Part shown: positions 58,882 through 64,000 of the stretch, one piece after another
Layout: every line of letters starts with the position of its first letter
How positions within the stretch are numbered: position 1 is the stretch's first letter
Assembly: GCA_041739995.1 (NCBI GenBank)
Contig: JBGSMV010000061.1
Span: 32,001-96,000 of the forward strand
DNA length: 64,000 bases
Source: Bdellovibrionota bacterium
GTDB taxonomy: Bacteria > Bdellovibrionota_C > UBA2361 > JBGSMV01
Direction: 5' to 3'
Program-made: the position numbers and the translations under genes
The notes under the pieces: model-generated
What the model saw: only the letters and a program-made list of their open reading frames with translations
Told to the model about the DNA's origin: nothing
Databases searched by the model: none

Positions 58882-60015
58882 ATGCTTCATCAAGAACGCA
58901 ACCCAGACCCGATGCGGTCGCTTCAAGTACAGGGACCTGGCGCCAGCTGTTACTCTCAGAAGTCTTTCGACCTCATTATGTTCGAGAGTCCTGTGACGCA
59001 ATTCACTGCGCAGAGGCGGGATGTGCCGGTGCCTCGCGAACTTACAGGAAGCGAAGCAGCAAGGTACGCGCAAGGACTCGAAAGTGAGTACGCATTTCTT
59101 ACGGGGCGCTTGAAGCGAGATCTCCCTCCACTGCCAAGCGGTGGTGACGTGCAGGCCTATCACAAATTCTTTCAAGAGCAGCGAGAAGGGAAGCTGACGC
59201 TAAGAGATATTTCGTACAATTCGGGGAACCTCTCCGCAACTTGGGGGGTGGGACCTTACCCTGCATACAATCTGTTTGCTGAAAGCCCGACACCGGCGCT
59301 TGCTGCGTTTGGAGCCAATGTGGGGAGTTCCCTCATGCTGCTCACTTCCGACGGAAGGCTGATTCTCCAATGTCGCAGCGACAAAAACGATAAATACAAA
59401 GGCACGATTGCTGTAGCCGCAGCGGGGCTTGTGAACGCTCCCAAGAAAGATGATGCAGGCACAATTGACGTGCTTCGTGTAAGTGTCGCGAATTTACTGC
59501 GCGAAGGGTCAGAAGAGATTGGGTTGCGAGAACGCTACGAGGCCTCGCTCGGAATATCGGCGATAGTGATCGGGAAACAAACCCTACACCACGAGATACC
59601 ATTTCGACTCACCTCCACTCGAACGGCCTCAGAGTTGCTGCAGTCGGTGCGGACCAATGAGTTCAAGGATTCTCCCGTCGCATTCAGGGAAGCCGCAGTG
59701 GCAATCCCAGCAACATCTGACGCCATAAGAAAACTTCTAGTAGAAAGCAGATGTCCAATACCAGATACTCACGCCGGAATGTTGGTGCAAGAAGCGTTGC
59801 GTGCGCGGCTTGAGACTGAAAACTCTGCCGCAGCATATCGTTGGTTCGGGCGTCTCTTCTTTGATATGGAAGAACAAGCTGAGCACATCGGAAAACTTTG
59901 CGGTGGCTCCTACAATCCCAATCGTACTCTTGAAGAACAGGGGCTGCCGCCGTTAAGGGAAGAGCTAAAGCGACTGTTTGGCCAGGACGTTGAATTTGCT
60001 GAGCCGCCAAAGTAG
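58882..60015 (+). CDS. NUDIX-like hydrolase domain protein
   Basis: GAGGAG SD; LLTSDGRLILQCRS, AAAG...LLREGSEEIGL divergent Nudix box. Confidence 0.6.
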   Translation: MLHQERNPDPMRSLQVQGPGASCYSQKSFDLIMFESPVTQFTAQRRDVPVPRELTGSEAARYAQGLESEYAFLTGRLKRDLPPLPSGGDVQAYHKFFQEQREGKLTLRDISYNSGNLSATWGVGPYPAYNLFAESPTPALAAFGANVGSSLMLLTSDGRLILQCRSDKNDKYKGTIAVAAAGLVNAPKKDDAGTIDVLRVSVANLLREGSEEIGLRERYEASLGISAIVIGKQTLHHEIPFRLTSTRTASELLQSVRTNEFKDSPVAFREAAVAIPATSDAIRKLLVESRCPIPDTHAGMLVQEALRARLETENSAAAYRWFGRLFFDMEEQAEHIGKLCGGSYNPNRTLEEQGLPPLREELKRLFGQDVEFAEPPK

Positions 60016-60132
60016 GAGAGGCCCCACATTTTAGGCGCTTAAATCCTGACAGCTCGCAAAAGCACGCTTGTTCCGTCACGACAGAGGGTTTACTACTCAC
60101 ATGGCAAGGCTGCGCGTTGCTGCGATCGAAAT

Positions 60133-60170
60133 TCCTCAATGCCTGAGTAGTTTTACTCAATGATTGAGTA
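60133..60170. promoter_or_regulatory. Tandem palindromic operator-like sites TACTCA-N5-TGAGTA, 21 bp apart
   Basis: TCCTCA-ATGCC-TGAGTA (60133-60149) and TACTCA-ATGAT-TGAGTA (60154-60170). Confidence 0.5.
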
Positions 60171-60322
60171 CGAGCTGACATCCTGCTAGGGGCCACGTAT
60201 CCTATCACGGAGCTCACAGCCGACACGCCTTCAATTCTGGCGCATCAGACTGAGATCTAACCCTCGAACCATATCAGACAAAACTTGCGTATCTTACCTG
60301 CCACCACCATACTTTCGCTCGT

Positions 60323-61243
60323 ATGAACTCCAGTAGAAGCACTCCACCCTTCGTGAATTTTGCCATCGGGCCATTTTCACACTCCCCCCTTCGGACCCGC
60401 ACTTCGATGCTGAGGTCCTTTCTGTTTGCCTTGCTTGGGCTGTGCCTTGTGACTGCCCCGGCTTATTCTTGCCCGCGCATAGGAGCATTGGTGGACTTCA
60501 ACTGCGACCAGGACTTAAGGGTGGTGGTAATTGGTGACAGTCTTGTGTCTGGCATCGGCGACACGGAGAACGGGGATATCGGTGGCTACGTCGTTCGTGC
60601 CGCGCGCGCACAGCGCACGATAACATTTACGAATTTGGGTGTTCCCGGGTATCACGTCACACAACTAGTCGCAGATCTCACCGGAAAAGCACGGAGTGCG
60701 CGTTCTAGAAAAATTTGGTTGGCGGTGGCTGATGCCGATGTCGTAGTCCTCGATGTTGGCAGAAACGACCGCTGGGATATGGGAATGCCGATTGATACAT
60801 ATCGAGGATTGCGCCGAGCAGCGGTGCGTATTGAGCGAGTGGTTCAAGCGGAAAGAGGTGTCGCTCCTTTAGTGGTCACCGCAGTGCTTATGATTCCTAA
60901 TCGAGGAGCCCAGGCACCGTGGATAGCAGAGCTGAATCAAATTATTGCGAAAAATAATCGTATCGCTCGACCAACGGATTTGCATTTCGACACGATCAGC
61001 AAGCGCCTGCTTTCCGACGATCAGATTCACCCTACTTCGGAGGGCTACGATGAGATGAGTAGGGTGTTCGTACGCTACCTTACTAAGATGCTCCCTCGTC
61101 GCATGAACCGTTTAAGGCCAGATGCCGATCGCGATGGAATTTATGATCTCTTTGAAACGCTGAAGTTTGGAACCGATCCAACGTTATTGGATACAGACGG
61201 AGATGGCATTGCCGACGGCCAGCAGATCTTTGGTAGTTTCTAG
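60323..61243 (+). CDS. SGNH/GDSL hydrolase with C-terminal Ca-binding DxDxDG repeats
   Basis: IGDSL, NLGVPG, GRND, DQIHP blocks; DADRDG..GTDP..DTDGDG; probable start 60407 with signal peptide. Confidence 0.88.
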   Translation: MNSSRSTPPFVNFAIGPFSHSPLRTRTSMLRSFLFALLGLCLVTAPAYSCPRIGALVDFNCDQDLRVVVIGDSLVSGIGDTENGDIGGYVVRAARAQRTITFTNLGVPGYHVTQLVADLTGKARSARSRKIWLAVADADVVVLDVGRNDRWDMGMPIDTYRGLRRAAVRIERVVQAERGVAPLVVTAVLMIPNRGAQAPWIAELNQIIAKNNRIARPTDLHFDTISKRLLSDDQIHPTSEGYDEMSRVFVRYLTKMLPRRMNRLRPDADRDGIYDLFETLKFGTDPTLLDTDGDGIADGQQIFGSF

Positions 61244-61558
61244 ACGCCGCTCGTCATGCAGCCCGGACAGGAGAATCGATCGACCTCATTGCGTAGTTAA
61301 GAATGCGAGAGGCTGGAGAACCGTCAGGGTAAAGAGGCATGAAGGTGGGAGCGAGAGAAGGCGAAGCTCCAGCACTCTTTTCCAATCTCGACCGAGAGTT
61401 AGTAGATCCTACTAATTTCCAGAGACAAATTAGAGCCTTAGCTCAATGCGGCATATGCACAGCGCTTCACCATAACTCCTATGTGGTGCTTGGTTCGTGG
61501 CTGGAGGTGCCCCCGAGGCCCCAATCCTCTTCAATATCGAACATTCTCGCGTTTCACT

Positions 61559-63646
61559 ATGGAAGTCTTCGCATCCACGAATCACACAGGGGTACGCCTG
61601 GATCGCCTACTACCGGCGCAACGCTTCGAGGCGCAGGTGCAATCGGTAGTGGAGCGCCTCGTGCACCCGAGCTCGGCGATTTCGCTATACAAGATTGGGG
61701 AGGCCCGCGGCACTGAGCGGCAGCTCCCAATCTATCGCATAACGTCTGGGCCTCTCGATGGTTCCAAGCCGATAGTACTGCTCACTGCAGGAATCCATGG
61801 CGATGAACCAGCCGGTGTGCACGCACTGCTCACATTCGTACAAAGGGATCTCCCGCGATATGCTGATCGAGCCTCGTTTGTCATCTATCCCTGTTTGAAT
61901 CCCGGAGGGTTTGATCGGTGTACTCGACGAAATCCCGAATGGATAGATTTGAATCGCACCTTTGCCAGCGAAGAGAATTCGGTTCCACACGAAACCACAG
62001 TTCTTCTCTCCGACATCAAGGGACTTAAGTTCACTGCGTCTCTGCACATCGATCTGCATGAGGACCGCAGATCCATATCGGCAGACGTCTCGAGGGGCGC
62101 CACGCCCACCGAAGGACTCTACGGGTATGAGACTGCCACGCCTGGGAGTGAGTTTGCAGCGCAGGTGCTAAAGCGCTCAGGGTTCCCGATTACTCAGTCT
62201 CCCGATGCCTATGGCGATTCGTTGAGGGGCGGTGTGGCGTATAGTGCAACTTCGAGCCAAGACTCGATCTTCTGCAAATACCAAGATCTTGAGGGGGCGC
62301 TGTTTCATCGTTTGGCAGTCACTCGGCATGCCATAACCTTTGAGACCGATGGAGATGGCCCACTCGCACAGAGAACGGAACAGCATCTGGCACTCTTGTG
62401 CGGCGCACTCGACGAACACCTCAATCGCCTCACTCAGGTTGCTCCACAGCGGGGTGACACCCCTGTCCACGGTGCTGCGCCAATTCTCGGCTGCCGCCGA
62501 GTGATAGGCGCCGAAGGGGTCGAGTACTTAGCTTCAGCTGCTTCGATTACTCGCCCGACAGTTGGAAGCTTTTACGAACTGCTTCAGGCTGCGGTCGGGC
62601 GCTGCGGCGAGGCGGAATATGTGAAGCTCTGCACAGTCGATTACGAGTCGCGTGCCGGAACTATGCACTTTGACCATGTCATCATTCGCTCCAAAGATAT
62701 CAGATCCGAAGACCCCGTGGTGGTGGTGCGAGCGGGAATCCATGGCAGAGAAGTGGATACGTCTCTCGCACTGTTGCATCGCCTTGAAGAGATGTTTGAG
62801 TACGCACATGCTCGAGGGGTCAAACTCATAGTATTCCCGTTGGACAATCCTTCAGGCTACGAGACGATGAATTATCGTAACGTGGAAGACACAGAGAGAA
62901 AGAGCCATGAGCGATCTGATTGGACTGGGAATAATCTTGGAGTTGTGTACCTCACCCGCGATGGAAGAGAGATCGAGTCCTTTCAAGAGGGCGTGATTGA
63001 TCCGCAAACCGGGAAGCCCTTTGATGTGGTTGGCGTCAGGGATATTCGAGCGGCGCAAGCGAGGTATTTCATTCCCAAGGAGTCTCTCGTTACTCTTGAA
63101 GCCATAGATCAGTTCGTGCCGATGTCACAGGTCAGGGGATTTCTGGATCTGCATCAAGACTGTTTTGGAGTGGAGCCCTTTACCTATCAGTTTGGATTCG
63201 GCAATGAGAATCAGCAGTATGCCCAGATTCTAAAGCACCTTCCTCTTGGTATGAGACGGCTCACGAACCACGACAATGAAAATCACCCGTTTGCACTCGA
63301 AGGCTATCAAGAGTCTGCATTTGCGGTCGGCTCAGGAGGGGCGGCGCGTAATCCCGATAGCGCCATAATCGAGGGCCTTCCATCTACGGCAACAGTTGAG
63401 CCGCAACCGAAGGATGCTGCTGCCGAAATCCGGCAGGTCTCAGATCACCAGGGCTTTATCGTGTGTGAGGACGGGTCGCTCCCGTGCTTGTTCCGTTGGA
63501 GCGGTGTGCCGCATGTTGCTACGATAGAAGTAAGCTCCGTTTGCACCTTGGACCAATCAGAGCAACTATTCCTACGGTGGATCAGAGGATTTGTTGACCT
63601 CGCTGCTGAGTCCCCTCACCCCAATCGAGACCACGAGCTCGGGTAA
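61559..63646 (+). CDS. Tandem M14 metallocarboxypeptidase / succinylglutamate desuccinylase-like domains
   Basis: Domain 1 AGIHGDE, NPGG, RRN..DLNR, DLHED, TFE; domain 2 AGIHGRE, NPSG, DLHQD, TIE. Confidence 0.8.
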   Translation: MEVFASTNHTGVRLDRLLPAQRFEAQVQSVVERLVHPSSAISLYKIGEARGTERQLPIYRITSGPLDGSKPIVLLTAGIHGDEPAGVHALLTFVQRDLPRYADRASFVIYPCLNPGGFDRCTRRNPEWIDLNRTFASEENSVPHETTVLLSDIKGLKFTASLHIDLHEDRRSISADVSRGATPTEGLYGYETATPGSEFAAQVLKRSGFPITQSPDAYGDSLRGGVAYSATSSQDSIFCKYQDLEGALFHRLAVTRHAITFETDGDGPLAQRTEQHLALLCGALDEHLNRLTQVAPQRGDTPVHGAAPILGCRRVIGAEGVEYLASAASITRPTVGSFYELLQAAVGRCGEAEYVKLCTVDYESRAGTMHFDHVIIRSKDIRSEDPVVVVRAGIHGREVDTSLALLHRLEEMFEYAHARGVKLIVFPLDNPSGYETMNYRNVEDTERKSHERSDWTGNNLGVVYLTRDGREIESFQEGVIDPQTGKPFDVVGVRDIRAAQARYFIPKESLVTLEAIDQFVPMSQVRGFLDLHQDCFGVEPFTYQFGFGNENQQYAQILKHLPLGMRRLTNHDNENHPFALEGYQESAFAVGSGGAARNPDSAIIEGLPSTATVEPQPKDAAAEIRQVSDHQGFIVCEDGSLPCLFRWSGVPHVATIEVSSVCTLDQSEQLFLRWIRGFVDLAAESPHPNRDHELG

Positions 63647-64000
63647 CCCCTCGCCTGTCGCTCGTCAGGCCATGCCGATTGCTTCGCGAAATCTCACTAC
63701 GCGAGGTCAAATGCTTTTAGTCTCACCATACCCAGGCGACTTAGCGCGTCAGAACGACTTGATTCGGAAGAGAGATGAGACGCGGAAATCGACCACCTCC
63801 AACGTTCCAAATCAATGGTGAAAATGCGTCAACGGTTGACGGAGTGCTCAACTGCTGCGCCGAGACGCCGACACCGGCTGAAGTGCCACTTCCACCCTGT
63901 GTCGCATTTGGGTTTGACGATTTCAAGAAGAACGAGTGTTGAATGTCGAGTTCTCCGACCGCGGCCGGCAGACTGCTAAGTGTGCCAACCAGACCTCCGT

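Noticed and set aside
63647..63659. Short match CCCCTCGCCTGTC to the IS91 remnant (minus strand near 56084-56096)
   Set aside because: Similarity does not extend and falls inside coding sequence of the remnant; likely chance

Overview
Bacterial chromosomal window of moderate GC. The gene mix suggests an uncultured Bdellovibrionota/deltaproteobacteria-like lineage, which is inference only. About 1-49.6 kb is mostly core genome: nth, peptidoglycan-recycling genes (amgK-like, SpoIID/LytB, nagZ), panB-panD, smpB plus tmRNA, mscL, a GH13 enzyme, an unannotated ribosomal bTHX gene, galE, a ROK kinase, tdh-kbl, tatA, rlmB-scpA-scpB-rluB, tRNA-fMet, ALDH7, tRNA-Leu(CAG), leucine dehydrogenase, uvrB-uvrC, an M48 peptidase, a thiolase and OmpA. 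About 49.7-58.6 kb is a decaying accessory patch with an AAA_14/DUF4143 ATPase, a flagellin pseudogene, a Flp-like pilin, an IS91-family remnant, shikimate dehydrogenase and sulfotransferase fragments, and Cys-rich secreted proteins. NUDIX-like, SGNH and tandem-M14 genes follow. The most unusual signal is a pair of structurally parallel non-coding modules in inverted orientation (14311-14440 +, 17561-17713 -). Each starts at a tmRNA 3' end or a mimic of it and ends in TCCG-N6-GTTCGAATTGGTTC. They flank a 3.1 kb block that begins with a small GIY-YIG nuclease gene. No CRISPR array, rRNA or intact integrase was seen. All family calls come from motif recognition by eye; no searches were run.
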